Source of the DNA: an uncultured Planctomycetaceae bacterium
Lineage (GTDB): Bacteria; Planctomycetota; Planctomycetia; Planctomycetales; Planctomycetaceae
Direction: 5' to 3'
Length of the DNA: 64,000 nt
NCBI GenBank assembly: GCA_963976765.1
Contig: CAXBME010000009.1
Location: 1 to 64,000, forward strand
The position numbers were made by a program, and so were the translations under genes. Shown here one piece after another: positions 57,201 through 59,718 of the stretch (positions are counted from its first letter, which is position 1; the number at the start of each line of letters is the position of its first letter). The notes under the pieces are model-generated. The model was not told the DNA's origin and ran no database searches. It saw only the letters and a list, made by a program, of their open reading frames with translations.

Positions 57201-59718
57201 CGCTGGAGCTGAGCACGACGTTGGCGTCGATCGAGACAGCATTACCAGCCGTGCGAATGTCTGCGTCAAGCGTTGTCGCACCTGCACTGTTGAGTGTAAC
57301 AGACGCGTCGCCCGATCCGGTAATTCCGTTCGTTGACACTCCGGAATCCACGATACTGATGGCGCCAGCTCCGTTGGGAGCCTGAATTGTGACCGGATCG
57401 TTGAACGTCACGGAGTCAATCGAAACCAGATGCTCACCGTCGGCTCGTCCGATCGTCAATGAACTGAACCCGCCAGTCAGTTGGGCAAGGTCGGCATCCG
57501 TCAAATTGAAATCACCCGCCCCCCCCCCAAGACCAATGGACCTGGTCGTGGTCAGCGGCTGAAGCAGGATCGTGCCGGAGCCTGTAATGACGTTGTTAAT
57601 CGTGACATCGTCAGCCGTCAGGATCACGTTGTCCTGATCGAGATTGTTCGCGGCGAGGATGGTCAGTGTGCCGGCTGCTGCGGTGATCGAGACGTCAACC
57701 GTTGTTGTGTCCAGATCCGTGCTGTTCAGAGTGTCAACCCTGAGGTCTTTGGTCGTTGAGATGACGATCTCACCAGCATTGCCCGACCCGGTGGACGTCG
57801 CGAAGAGCGATCCGTCCCGGTTGGTCGCTCCCCCGGACGTGTCCCCGATCAGGACTGTAAACGCACCGGATGCGGTGGCTGCCCCATCGTCAGAAATTTC
57901 ACCGCCCGTCAGTACGATGTTGCCGGATGTCGCCGTACCCGCACCGGCATTGTTGCTGGTGGCCGAACCGGTTTCCGGAGTTTGCGTCCCGAACACACTG
58001 CCTGTTCCGGCAGTCAACGTGATGGAGCCACTCGTGGGGCTGGAAACTCCACTGGCGTCCCCGGTTTTTAAGTTCTGAGCGACATTGATCGAGCCCGTCG
58101 TTGTCGACAGCGTAATACTTCCCGTGTTGCCGGAAGTATTATTCGCCGTCGTAATCCCGGTCAGGCCGTCGATGCCACTCCCGATGGCAAAGCCGTTGTC
58201 CTCATTGGTCAGTGTGAATGAGTTACCGGGTCCGGAGACAATCCCCGCTACAAACGAGATGTCCCCCGTATTGTCGAGCAGCACAGATCCAGCCGCCTGG
58301 ACAGCAAGACTGGACACACTGAGCGCGCCGGCGCCGACGTCATTCAGCGATGCTCCCGTGATCAGACTGAGAGTCGCCACATTCGCAGGAGAAACGACTT
58401 CGGACGAAACCTCGATTGTTCCAGCGGCTGAGTGGCCGATGCGAAGGAGAGAGGCGGTGATAACGTCCAGCTCGGCGTCAGAGATTTCGAGTTCGTTGGT
58501 GGTGCCGTCAGGGCCGCCAAGCTGAATCGATCGCGCATCGCGATGTTGTCGCAGCTGTACAGTCTGCCCGGTGGCGGTGATCGCTCCGTCCAGCCTCATA
58601 TCGTCTGCTCGAATCGTGAGCGTACCGGCTGTAGAGCTGAGTGTTACTCCTGACGAAAGCGTAAACGGCAGTGACCCGGTGGCATCCGGTGCCGTCACCG
58701 TAATCGTCGTCGTCCCCCCTGACGTCACGTTCTGATTCAGGACCAACGGGTTGGCAACATCGATCGACACAGCGCCCTGAGCAGTCATCGAGCCATTCTG
58801 CGTGAGTGTCGCTGCGTCGAGGTCGATCGTCCCGCTTGAGTTAACCATTCCGGTGACGGTCGTCGCGGCAGTCGTTGTCACCTGAAGATCGCCACTCGTC
58901 ACATTGTCGTTCAGTGAAGCTGAGCCAGCAGTAATTGTCAGTGCCGAGTCGATATCAACGACTCCGTTGAGGGTTGCTGTTGAGGCAGAAGTGACGGTCA
59001 ACGATTCCAGGTCGTCCGTTCCGGCGGCACCGATCGCTCCCAGCACGACGTTTCCACTGCCCGCCGTCAGTGTCAGAGACTCAGCTGCTCCGCCCGCTGT
59101 CCCGTTCAGAGTTCCCGTAATCTCAATAGTGCCAGCGCCGGCTCCCGTCGTCAGGGTCAGATCCAACCCGTCAGCGATGGTGACATTTCCATCGAGCGTG
59201 ATGTTTCGACCGGCTGTTGTCAGATTTGCCCCAAGGTCAATGTTGGCAGACTGAATGTTGAAGGTGTCTGTTGTTCCACCGCTGATCGCCGCATTGACGG
59301 TTGTCGTTTCGATGGTCGAGTCGATCGACAGACCATTGCTCAAAGTCAGAGAATCAGAGAGTCGTACTTCCTGGCCGGTTTCATTCATGCCAGCCGACGA
59401 ATCGGTCGCAGTCAGCCGCGTAACGTCGGTTTCGAGAACCTCACCACCTCCACCGCTACCGCCGCTGAGCGTGTCGCCGTTTACAAGTATGTGGTTGCTC
59501 CCGTTGACTGTTACTTCCGCGACATCGTCCTGAGCATCGAGCATCAATTCGAGAACGCCAGCATTCAAGCCTGCCGACACCGTCAGCACGACACGATCTT
59601 CCAGTCGCGTCAATCCGAGCTGCGTAAAGCGATCCGGTTTCTTCGGTTTCCGATCCGGCTGGTACCGGCGGTTCCGAATCCGATCGCTGATTCTTCTCAG
59701 CCATGAATTCAACAGCAT
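24244..59718 (-). CDS. Giant (11,824 aa) exported beta-strand-repeat protein, haemagglutinin/adhesin-like, with planctomycete LEDR-type N-terminal export motif
   Basis: Single 35,475-bp ORF. Basic N-terminus plus LTRLEDRVVL, G/T/D/A/I-rich beta-helix-type repeats throughout, GGxGDDxF motifs, and a distinct globular C-terminal region. Confidence 0.93.
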   Translation of the reverse strand: MLLNSWLRRISDRIRNRRYQPDRKPKKPDRFTQLGLTRLEDRVVLTVSAGLNAGVLELMLDAQDDVAEVTVNGSNHILVNGDTLSGGSGGGGEVLETDVTRLTATDSSAGMNETGQEVRLSDSLTLSNGLSIDSTIETTTVNAAISGGTTDTFNIQSANIDLGANLTTAGRNITLDGNVTIADGLDLTLTTGAGAGTIEITGTLNGTAGGAAESLTLTAGSGNVVLGAIGAAGTDDLESLTVTSASTATLNGVVDIDSALTITAGSASLNDNVTSGDLQVTTTAATTVTGMVNSSGTIDLDAATLTQNGSMTAQGAVSIDVANPLVLNQNVTSGGTTTITVTAPDATGSLPFTLSSGVTLSSTAGTLTIRADDMRLDGAITATGQTVQLRQHRDARSIQLGGPDGTTNELEISDAELDVITASLLRIGHSAAGTIEVSSEVVSPANVATLSLITGASLNDVGAGALSVSSLAVQAAGSVLLDNTGDISFVAGIVSGPGNSFTLTNEDNGFAIGSGIDGLTGITTANNTSGNTGSITLSTTTGSINVAQNLKTGDASGVSSPTSGSITLTAGTGSVFGTQTPETGSATSNNAGAGTATSGNIVLTGGEISDDGAATASGAFTVLIGDTSGGATNRDGSLFATSTGSGNAGEIVISTTKDLRVDTLNSTDLDTTTVDVSITAAAGTLTILAANNLDQDNVILTADDVTINNVITGSGTILLQPLTTTRSIGLGGGAGDFNLTDADLAQLTGGFSSLTIGRADGEHLVSIDSVTFNDPVTIQAPNGAGAISIVDSGVSTNGITGSGDASVTLNSAGATTLDADIRTAGNAVSIDANVVLSSSVSINTTFGAGAAAGDNVTVTGTIEDTAAASNSLSINGGTGGNVDFQGAIGGAENIAGLTIVNAASVNLPSVSVESGSSVTQSAGTGTTTINGSIATTDTGTISVTTAGNIVVQTGSDLSTVDGGITLSANAAESAAGDFVGLDVDNATIQTTGTGDIILTGAGGDDAGTGSHVGVLLQNGTTVSSTLAGGTAGTISINGSGGNGTSDNSGVDISDATTAVQSVGGDISIVGVGANGSGTNNQGVVVQNAAAVLSTGTASISMTGTATTGDGIELNTSGSVGGVTAAGDITLTSDSVVLAGSVNVQSSGALIIAPLTGSTNLNLGTGATDAGLQLDDSELARLADGFSSVTIGSTANGTGTVTINNATFVDAVTIVGGAINVTALTGNDTVDNGDGTGLQAVTLTARTGNITDGENASAIDVTGDLITLNAEAGAIGQAAGVGNGALELAAVTLATDSTNGSNNGNQFLTEADDLTWNSSSAGSGTITISSGIFNVGDGETITTGSVLVTAGTLGGTGTVMGSVTASSGSFVAPGFSPGILNTGDLVLNSGSTLSIELDGDQGAGVNPNGHDQVNVTGSVNIANATLSLDVSDLISSEVTATDEFIIINNDGSDAVTGTFNGLAENAVVATNLGGTGLVAIIHYGGGDGNDVSLEVVGAIFEIVGNNAVYTDLAGLVNTLTLTRVTDGGTDYVQIDDSSTVLVAGNQVGVEQIDADTVRIDVSRFSGDIIVNTNGAADSLTIDYSGSGGLFTKNISFDGGAPTVGPGDSLTLTGNSTAFTTVTYDFVNESTGSIDVDGRTINYTNLEPVTADINVTNVILNYSETAETITASDAGGGQTLIDSDVAGESLTFNNPTGTLTINAGDTGINTVDIGTLAASYPASIVINGGDAGDTVNLNGTVTFAANRSLTVAADVINTPNAASDIATSGTGSVSLTATRNILLSADSSISTVNGGVTLNANSGGATTGTFTGVELVGATVSTSGSGAIAITGEGGTTGTGAGVIIRNNSQVLSSLAAGGGGITIDGTGAGDVAGGHGVTVTGTSTLVDSKSGAIQITGTGGAPASSHGVFLSAGADITSSDAVGAATINIMGTGSSNSASAGMIISDAGTTIASITGAIDISAVGAGAGDSGLFTTGGTIESTGAATVTITGSAVNGDALTFGNTEIGDAAGSGTITLIGDEVVLSGTTIIDGQGLLIFEPLVATTTIGLGGGAGTLNLDDAELAFLSDGFTAITIGDAANGTGAIEVGSSTFTDNVTIVGGPITVSGVLSVTGTTTLTAGGSVAINAGITSSGNIAVTATDTAGAGEDVDIATAVTVQSTGGSITINAGDDFSMAAGSVLNASATITVNIDSGDADSGTGATADLGGGFISGTGATVNSAGDSDTFNVNATTAATLTGAAGDDTFNVSFDVGGTIDGGSGGESSGDLLNLSGHATAQLLNLGNSSVTAVNSGNAAGFSNFEDFTGDGANDTLRGTASADTFTVVTENDGTVTGGTTADFNDFSILEGVDGADVFTFNASLTGSANGGDGDDTFNVNVDVAGTIDGGTTGETNGDLLNLAAHTTAQLVDLGNSSASALNSGGANGFANIEDFTGDNSNDTLQGTSGDDVFTVATENNGTVTGGATADFTSFSHLSGANGADTFTFNASLTGTAIGGAGDDTFNVNVNVAGTIDGGTTGETNGDLLDISAHTTAQLVNLGNGSVSALNGGGAAGFSNVEDFIGDGTNDTLQGTSSADTFSVTGENDGSITGGVIADFTNFSTLNGAAGDDRFNFTNGGSVALVSGNDGDDRTTVDLSSGNIPTQNIMVDGGANGETNGDDLIVIGDGIAGNDEATYTPTAAEAGTVDLNLDGAAGTDFTVMFTDLEPVDLTDMLVVTINGSANADTIALDNATSIGGEDAIQVSGTVDGFTMETAFVRDVGTLNILTAAGSDSVSINSATNAHNVTNLTLNTGTGTDSIAVAGSATVAGTMILTTTGSIADSGAGGTLSADSLKLDSGTGVGSSGNVIDTTVTTLAAQASVSGGVFVTETDGLTIGTVDSLSGVTAAAGDVFLVVTDGTLTVNEGVVATGAGNDVRIDVNGAGADDDIVLASNGNISATDQVELRASRDIIQSTSTITVSATSLAMIAGRDIGTGFGDAAIDTNVVTLGASAGNNAAGSIFVRETSAGGDLTIGEVMTGLSGTPTVTGAIANSSNGTVDIRTLDGGLVVSEVVTASGSGNVVLDAFDTGADSTHTIDIQASITASEAGGGDVHLRADAAISRSTGVGTVSGDSVYFEAGAGVGTSGNVIVTSAATLGVSAEGDVFVTEADSVTVTTAVTDLINGGTFEGIATSNDDVILNLMADGATLTIENDASGTNTVRLGAGDFFTRADEISIATGADFAVSATVVTLRSQADQSIALGAANNAADNILELNTAELAEISATDLIIGGGGATTTSIDLAADTSIASVTNVLLQSVGAIDNSGGAGVELNVNAGAGSLGLDAGGNIGGTNAFGTEVATLRAATSSGSIAVQESIAGGALQLGRVAIDGANFDNTSGTGTISVTTFDGNLTTLGTGGSVGTIGAGLSITLTAAGDIANNERDLVLNNSVTSNGGEIELNATGNVQLATADADVVSFTAATAGIIDINADSDGGEGGSLIIVDAGATLDSDSDTGGDSDAEIQISAADLDIQANATIDAGSAVLRIAPSAAAVVELGAGTSNFGVSNTEINFVDEASTIVIGRIDGSTTASSITVDGDFSVASVGGTPNLTLVTSGAIADDGTARTVATGATLTLDSQTGISGAGGSTNNLFGVAAVTLAARAETSGNVQIVEADGFMIGTEIEASSAFTGATDADASTPAAGILTATAGGHDIILETSAGDIVVGNRVAASKSGGSVVTIRSGGAIVDGGGTNNDVEDVFGQTVSLTSVTGVGTGAAGSLDVAADSLDATNSTSGNVEINLLDPNGGDVTVTSVDNQTTGDIVLTSTTSVAATDFTIQSLDTNAGSISVTLGTTAGGLLVNTSGIVADSAAGTAGTGTVTLDTTAASAPITVSAGISSDQGAIDVNSGAAFTLSDGVIIESAGGSVSIDTTGTNSLSVNGNIVTAGSGTITLTGSDAITMDADSLVQTAAGTITLTSAAGGVTTDIVESTGGGQIVIAANGAGASISEVDDAGRIGTGAASNLLLTATNAIGGSGAATLNTSVAQIEATAGAGGVFITNTGDLTIGNVDGGTTGVSATGSNIEITASQSLTTDEAVINSGTGSVNIVLTSTDDGGNDDDLTINDRVALTNASATGDVTLNAGNDLVFTDSGSANDVQNAGSGQIVANVARDLSVGEDVDVVTTGGMIDLNVGRNASLGANASVSSSGGAIDLAVSGSVSLGTNASISSGAATIVISGSTDLSLADQASITATNQLVTINTDEISISTSAGNEATISSGTARTIIRPESGGQAIAIDLGSNSGFANVLELSAAELDQITAGVLEIGSADTGAISVTAAIAPANTTTVHLITGATGTSVSQSAAATITETNLAITAAAAVTLNEDNHVDVLAVNVSGTGEISFTDADGLTVGTVDGVSGLDANAGNVSVTTGSGGGAGTGLQVSQNIVADSGGAGTSTVSLSGTDADEAFVLDDNTSINTNDGKITLTFDNFEIGTTGTSIHTTTANTVEIGTVNAGTRFSLGDAGANAADNVARLSDAELNRIGFTAAVAELEIVTANISANAIDMFGDVTLLNGQTPKLLLNATSGGITDSGAATLTVTTLGLQAGGGGIATSGNRLLVDTGNDTIAAAATGSIFITEADGATVGSVTVDGVTVTGITTTGAGGSIDLVVTEGTLTVNEGVVATGAGNDVRIDVNGAGADDDIVLASNGNISATDQVELRASRDIIQSTSTITVSATSLAMIAGRDIGTGFGDAAIDTNVVTLGASAGNNAAGSIFVRETSAGGDLTIGEVMTGLSGTPTVTGAIANSSNGTVDIRTLDGGLVVSEVVTASGSGNVVLDAFDTGADSTHTIDIQASITASEAGGGDVHLRADAAISRSTGVGTVSGDSVYFEAGAGVGTSGNVIVTSAATLGVSAEGDVFVDEAAAGTDLTIGQVQDLITPGTFDGIATSTDAVIVQLLADGGTLTVTDALSVDTIRTSGANVTLVADEMTFVSGNAQRGVNAGAAIVVLKSLNAQAVDLGSAATTVNDVLELSAAEIAEISAAGGSIVIGSDADATNITASSISLSADVDFTTSNVLLASTGDITSTNGANEVNVNAGAGSLTFQAGGSIGAAGTAFGLEVATVSAAAGTTDDLIEIEDIDGDLTVSRVTIGGTDFDNVSASDTVTIVASGGNLSTTALIGQISTTGDNDKITLTSSDGSVAINGSVTSDGGEIEINADTGITFDNVDADVVSFMTTGSGGQGIAGLIDINADVDGDGSGTFLISDAGATLSTDSNTDANIDISGGDFSLTADATIDAGTGTLLIAPGSGKAVTIGVGAADFGISNTEINFVDEASSLVIGQTNGTTTASSITIDGAFNLSTIATSPDNVTLITSGAISNAGGTLTMPAAADLLLLAQTGIGSSGNAIATAGLSDIAAQSNSGGVFVTNSGSGDVNITTVTDGVANTATGITSTTGGDIEVVNNFATGTLTVSQAVTAAAAGAVTLTTASGNVQVESGVTSDSGMIDVNSGEAFTLADGISVSSTSGSIDISTTGANALAVNGNVTTGGTGNVTLDGSDSIVMDGDSLVQSSAGNVTIDSANGGVTIDVVSSLGGGNIIVAAGSDGTADASDDLTLTDAVTASGSNGNISLFAGDTISVPVVTISAAGTGDVLLSAGTDFNEGGTLQNASDAGNVILADGSIVSSQGGNITLRAPGNVQISTVNADSDAGGAIGNVIVTADFDGVASGLSDNVGEITEVLMGEAANITADSLALRAATGIGSIDDLNTTVSTVAFSNGTSGNVNLTNSTGLTVGSFDGLTSSSNVGAGTTTIVASGAITFAHDTSSDGTLTAQALESAATNSDNIAVNAAVTVQSTAGNMIFEAGDRISLAATATVMATSSSAMITLDSGFGDTDSDGAMTLDGTISGNATNGVVTLDLNAQQGATQAGTGTVTAAGLQLLSTGNDGAFSLGTSTTNDVSTLSANTAGAITFRDTDTLTIGTVTTVGISTSNDDVAIQTGDTLTIDDAVSIGTGRFTINSANGATQVSGDDIAAQDLVLLGTGTFTLDSVGNDVDTVAADLDPGVISYTDVDDLSIGTVGSTIGINTGIIGTTDGGTVTINATSGTITVNQAINTQQGTGGGLVITGDVDLNASLTAGAGTITLNGNDVDTADIVIAANLIADGTIDLDARRDILVQATVQTTGTGSDIRLTADSDADTVGGLRVEGTGFVDSADEVTLEGSDLFVIAGTSEAVQIDVDNVSATNNQVQAGGAILIQDGVNAPATADTVINGRVAATTTTATITITAEQDVLFGADGDLIGLGGTITVTADTRSGNNGGTITMSDGTMIDATDGLIDFDADGNISLGQLTTTNTTDSAATITTTSGAILDITAAETSNISAGTTVLRAATGIGDAAVDNSDIDVSVGSLAATTSTGDISISDDAALDITTVDGLSGITITTGGAGDDILIREGNAAGSDDLTISQTISNSGSGNVTLFADGADSQNDNLNINASISASGGDVVIVSYEDVDFGSAPTVSTTGAGTIAIHAGRVFNFGAALTLGSTTADILEGGANEYIVQTAGGTITLTATRNIELETVNAGMTGTVIVTADSDLDGLGSIIDALASEAANITALSLALRAGDGVGSGEAADDADIDLVVTNVAAFTNTGDIHLQNTGGLTVGTVDSLAGVTITDDGNVNGGSDITIRAASPLTVSAGAPVVNNAGGNITLAAEGSDAADDLTINDAVTALGGDGNISLFAGDTISLAAITIGAAGVGMVVLSAGSDFNNATVRDGNADGDVLMTSGAIVQSEGGNITLQAPDDVQISIVNADSDAGSTIGDIIVTADFAGPDTSGGAGDTYDSDGVGAITDVLTGEAVNLTGNLATLTAATGIGSADDLDTDLAQVNVANSTSGSVMITELAGAGDNALEVTGVTNVTGNIDVRTEDGALTLSGAASTTTVGTITFVAGDSDNDGNGDLAIEASVSAATGQVTLTSAGNDVTFTAAGDVTTTTGEIEVNAGATGVGVITMTDNGATDATVLNAGSGLIDLNGVGDVTLGSVVTTNATVDAVNIASTTGAILDGGDFAVDIVADGGTTTLVAGASIGTAGNGLDTTIDRLNATSSAGDVHVDETNGLTAVSVTATGAGNDVDISSTTGDILVGVVTAPDTITLTTIDGGIEELSGGEADADADLVATTLNLDATVGIGDDATIEITATSIAADTANNNIDLLNQNPGAAVTATSLTTGTGTIDFVQTGNEALTVTLAQTTDGTITIQNTGDTDTDTLTLTAVTAGGSGDVNATTLTAGDVLVGAVIADANTVTVTSAGAINDAAIDTAIDVTVGTGTIDLNAVDGIGNTAALELAGTSISADTSAGAIDLDNVLATDVSVTSLTTVGSTITFDQSGGGSVSFDGLVSSGNAGIAGDDIVLTAANGDLTINAAVESRTADVTVTSTENVIVTAAGSITSIGGDVVLNSDTDTATSAGGGIRVLGIVTSAGGNITLGGGADPAVTNAVATAGSDSDGIKIDGGTLDAAAGNISLRGFSAIGDGVEIQTNAVIQTTSGNVSLQGSSTFDDGIALESGAVIETTSGAITLNGTTTSVSGDDGIKASDTGTTVTSATGSISFTGMASTGDGVDISAGAVISSTSTATIMIDGTSTAMTETGVKIRGANTQITSVDGNITITGTDNNTAGVFVTTGAEISSTGTGADAASITITGTGDAGIDIISAGTLITSVDGNILLDGTGNTFEGIVITDATISATGTTADAATITLDGVSTANDAVLLRSGSTITSVAGDIQLTGDASTATDDGIELEAGSTVSSTGSGAVVASITLLGTGGTNNDGIHIDGSVTSVDGNIQLAGTTSDADGDDGIDLDVGLIEATGSGAILLTGNGRTNGIELNSSITSNSGAITLQSVDDTIEFQAPASVMSNSGSVMVTADMTVGGASGQLLMADGSEILAGSGTIDIDAEGDITIGLLQTTDASSTAVTIDSATGAVIDAGNASVLNVDATAGRLVINAVTGIGAADTLETNVASLDVDNSTSGNIDILETDTVTVFDAQQATVGNIQIIAGGTLTVDNGGVVANAVATTGAGSIVLSATGIDSNLVINDGVQSATGTILLTADNDVFFDADGDVTSTTGNVTVTADADSATDSGGTDQGSITMTDGAVINAGSGLVDLNANEDILLSSVTTTTEVQATSVVGSILDNGDSDADVTAAMIALRALNGIGTDANSIDTVSDVGAGSLTIATLTDSGDIHIANTGALIVGTVDSLVGVTVSDAAAGGDDSGADNISLMAAGALTVNNDVTNSDGGDVTLTATDSGAAGDDVTVATGVSIEAADGNGNITLNAGDNLALNGTASVLAAGAGVVTVTADAGSVDAGGAISMADGSTVTSGSGLIDLNATDNITLGGLLTTGNVTIDTITGEVIDGGDANVDVTADTLSINANGGIGESAGSGADAAIETTISTLNATTTDGTIQIDESDGATLASVTAGGAGDVRIVTTTGNLSVQSVSADGDLVALTATAGAITDGSAGETENITADEVVLRAATGIGNASTNDADLDLAVASLAATTATGDISLSESAGLLVTTVDGLSGVSITAGGAGDDILIREGQAAGADELRILQDVSSSGAGDITIAAGGDSANDDLDIDANITSGGGNILIVSFDDIDFSAAPTMSTMGTGTIAVHAGRTFDFVSGVSAAGTGTATAAILQAAEYTIQTDQGDITLTANQNVELDSISSTSGTVIVTADADSTGTGSISDTLASESANITASAVALRAAEGIGLADDIDTSVATISATNSTSGSIQVDNAAGSDLTIATVNGLAGIMNGGGAILVNNLNGTLTVDDAVATVAGTGGALSLSGSLVINAPIDAGQFDVTLNGNDNGDDDLIVNADLTTDQALTLSASRDIVINATVQTTGAGSDITATADNDNDGIGGVQVTAAGQVNSADAVILTGADLFADAVGSESVQIDSNGATAQVLAAGDITIGPGAGAAAATDVEVNGLVQSTGAATTITITANRDVLFGVDGDVTRSDAGASGLISVFSDQTSIASTGGVITMADGTVINGGGGQVEVIADGRLTLGQIITTDLINIGSVAADVIDGGDTGGADLIASSLAIAGETGVGTDADSIETQVSALSGQTDSGDFHVSNTGDLAIDTVNLTVNVAAILGMVTVDGVQIEDSLDDNSGNDNITITTSDALTVNQTIVNNDGGNIALTSTNNGGANDHLTISADVTALGGTGSIDLNAGTDLTIDSDAVVSTVGTGAITGDAERAVSVSGSSTVVRTVEGTISLTANAGGHSGNFVGITVDDATVSTTSGAISLTGTGGNTGDANHGVVLTNTATITSTAGASAGAVSINGTGGVGAASDGVNLNNAAVHTALSTVDATISITGNSATDDGVALTNSAIASTGANGAISINGTTTGIGTDSDGVFASSSAISTTGDSAAINISGVTAGDDGVELTDDSDVTTSGAATITVMGTTTGSNGADSDGVLIGSTGGDVTITSAAGAISITGSASGASGDGVEIEAGIGLAIDANGGAGITITGTGDGAESAVQIDSPIESESGTITVRSLNGESTTDDITFGAGGDITSTSGTILIDADNAGNTADVFMADGAVINAGSGQIEINADVNVTLGQLITTNSTTTAVQITSATGGVIDGGDLGGADIISASGRTVIDAATGIGAADALETSFESIDADTSTGAIDLDNSLASTTTVISLTTVGGTVNFDQTGGGDLRITGNVTSGAVGTVGGNIELTSTAGLTAAGTSTISSNVGTGGLLSINEATIDAGATILVGAGDVTLNGSGQDTIINADITTATTATFTATRDVIIGATITTTHADADIIINANTDDDTAVGAGGVQLQTAGQLVAGRDVALTGSDLFVTNGAGALDSIEIQNDGAADQIVANRDISLTSRAASPAGADILVAGELLATNGSINIDATDRTVLNDNVDAGTDITFQDAVDISADITVTAGNDVTFFSTVDELALATGSDVIVNADGVTRFNAEVGGASALESLTTSEAGSTELEADVTVDNGAITFNDSVLLTGSISVTNTSASSINFNSTLDSQIDEHNNLVLTAATGEVVFDGDVGASTGAGTDDLMLGTLTITSAVEVTFGNNDGVSSIRTDGAIDVGSATTIGAGGITFDGVASTTTIETTSDTIRLNGAVTLNTDLRIDTDETAAASTGGATVTFTSDTPIDSQASEGNDLTIDAGTAQILFNEDIGNAAAGSELGRLVIEEATAGVTFGVADTETPGTGGSGPVNVISLVGDGALSALDVGSVTTIGGSGIVFNGGPDVTNTLLVETTGDDVRINGAVVLNSSVEITTGAGDGDVTFTNDSPIDSQTGESNNLTLTAGTGSVFINEDIGATESLGALTITRADGGVVFGEADAETPGDGSTGPVNTVSTNDAINIGSTNAIAGGIVLNGGASGIAFQTTGDNVRLNGAVVLQSNASIDTGDAGGDITFTSDSTIDSGDGTTAAPLGTTIERNDLFLDAGDGAVFFNASIGNTQRINDLTIDRAAGGVTFGAADTATTGAAGPVASVATDGAIDIGSGTTDDDVITGGIILNGAVVGISFQTSSDTVRLNGPVTLNSSVNIDTVNADVTFTNDASIDGQAGESNSLTINAGTARVLFNENIGETSAVGGVIVEQADGGVFFGTAEVEAVNGDAGSVDIVRTNGDSDIGSLAAITGGISLNAGPGAGNVFEWTTDGNSSRFNGVVTLDSSDVRISSGAAAGDVTFEDDLLPEANETVDLTLTAGTGNIVFGDVVGTTTLRFDDITVMSAADVTAQQAVETTTFAQTDGTGTTTFNGTLNTTDLLLAGVDINTSGITFNGAVTTTGDARVFLTNQGGTLTIAAGATFTVDNTFVQDGTGDVVVNANITTTNDEIRFSPTTDPTADVQAAASITLADGTVLATGGNADIRLRAEGDIRLSRLVTSSVDGLISVQSDAGAIIDNGDTGGADIVARNAALRAATGIGDDGLADPALNVAAADLPSATDPKIEASAIDTQVGLIAASNSTSGDIQISNTVGGLLTIGTVDGLSGITNDDDDASDDTVADGPNGGVIWITNASPIDVSSQAAPNSAEGVRNSAGGSVILTATDSAGAGDDLQIFAPVEAMRGTGSLLLNAGDDLTLESHLLTAIGSTVTLRDRAGNIDLNAGNVLTIGNNSELFDIQTGSLLEDAASGADTSVISQAHRETDFQTNRQIRYTQGPDATDLVLESGALLATNIVHQIDPATGNVVDNRILSNSGVIADFEPLLVEETFVTDQVRSDGYARISGRFGRTLDTAMTGGLDSEVNFRLLVAWGDDTFSFRHLTGATGDALPEIVNPMSGTLATGETIIDPADDPMGVTTSRTFFFEHFYDGSNLPDPENPGSPIQIRVFLQGDPNIVQVDANDRIAAYDNSTELLGGETPESTSFLANTDQFLISELLSPDLDAANLGEFGTGLGARVDTYRAPSMPGEQIDGIRNPAFNTVKPNPFGASTNLTTGLPAIVDFQFEEAAKVAFDLNLADQPNSVDASVTANVPGSGVDSSTAGFVFDLSPEVPTLEFPKVVEVLEAFVTTITQKDDDGGATNQARQSDETAATERVVWLKVLRPTGETVARVPAIVADNLVYSPLSGGGFRVMRVVEEVPLDEEVLDNLPKLVFEKLPDGQYQIWLQEPGEKDKRFVMDVTIRDGRPADDKAGARDRPPTSLKKPVNLPAAEEEAQQGPAKETSEKATPGISRKVSALGTSGSMQTDRQADGFEQAWSHWGQRPGAATGDASDRIGMMARLSDDITQPFDSVESADEEVIRNDNSSESMATMHPVAASVLLAAGSVLSKRKQNNWEDRVDDTMAQWDKVNRDRKS
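45023..45784. repeat. 762-bp near-identical direct repeat, copy A (partner 50291-51052)
   Basis: Boundaries match at offset 5268 bp, and translations in three other frames match between the copies. I found only two mismatches by eye (45052/50320 and 45769/51037). Confidence 0.92.
50291..51052. repeat. 762-bp near-identical direct repeat, copy B (partner 45023-45784)
   Basis: See copy A. Confidence 0.92.
51890..53010 (-). repeat. Three tandem 384-bp (128-aa) repeats with RTX-like GGxGDDTF motifs inside the giant gene
   Basis: CAGGTCGCCG anchor at 52153, 52537 and 52921 (exact 384-bp period). The unit reads GTIDGGxxGExxGDLL...EDFxGDxxNDTLxG. Confidence 0.9.
57519..57528 (-). repeat. G10 homopolymer on the coding strand of the giant gene (codons 731-734)
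   Basis: + strand reads ...CCCG-C10-AAGACC; the coding strand reads CTT GGG GGG GGG GCG. Confidence 0.9.
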
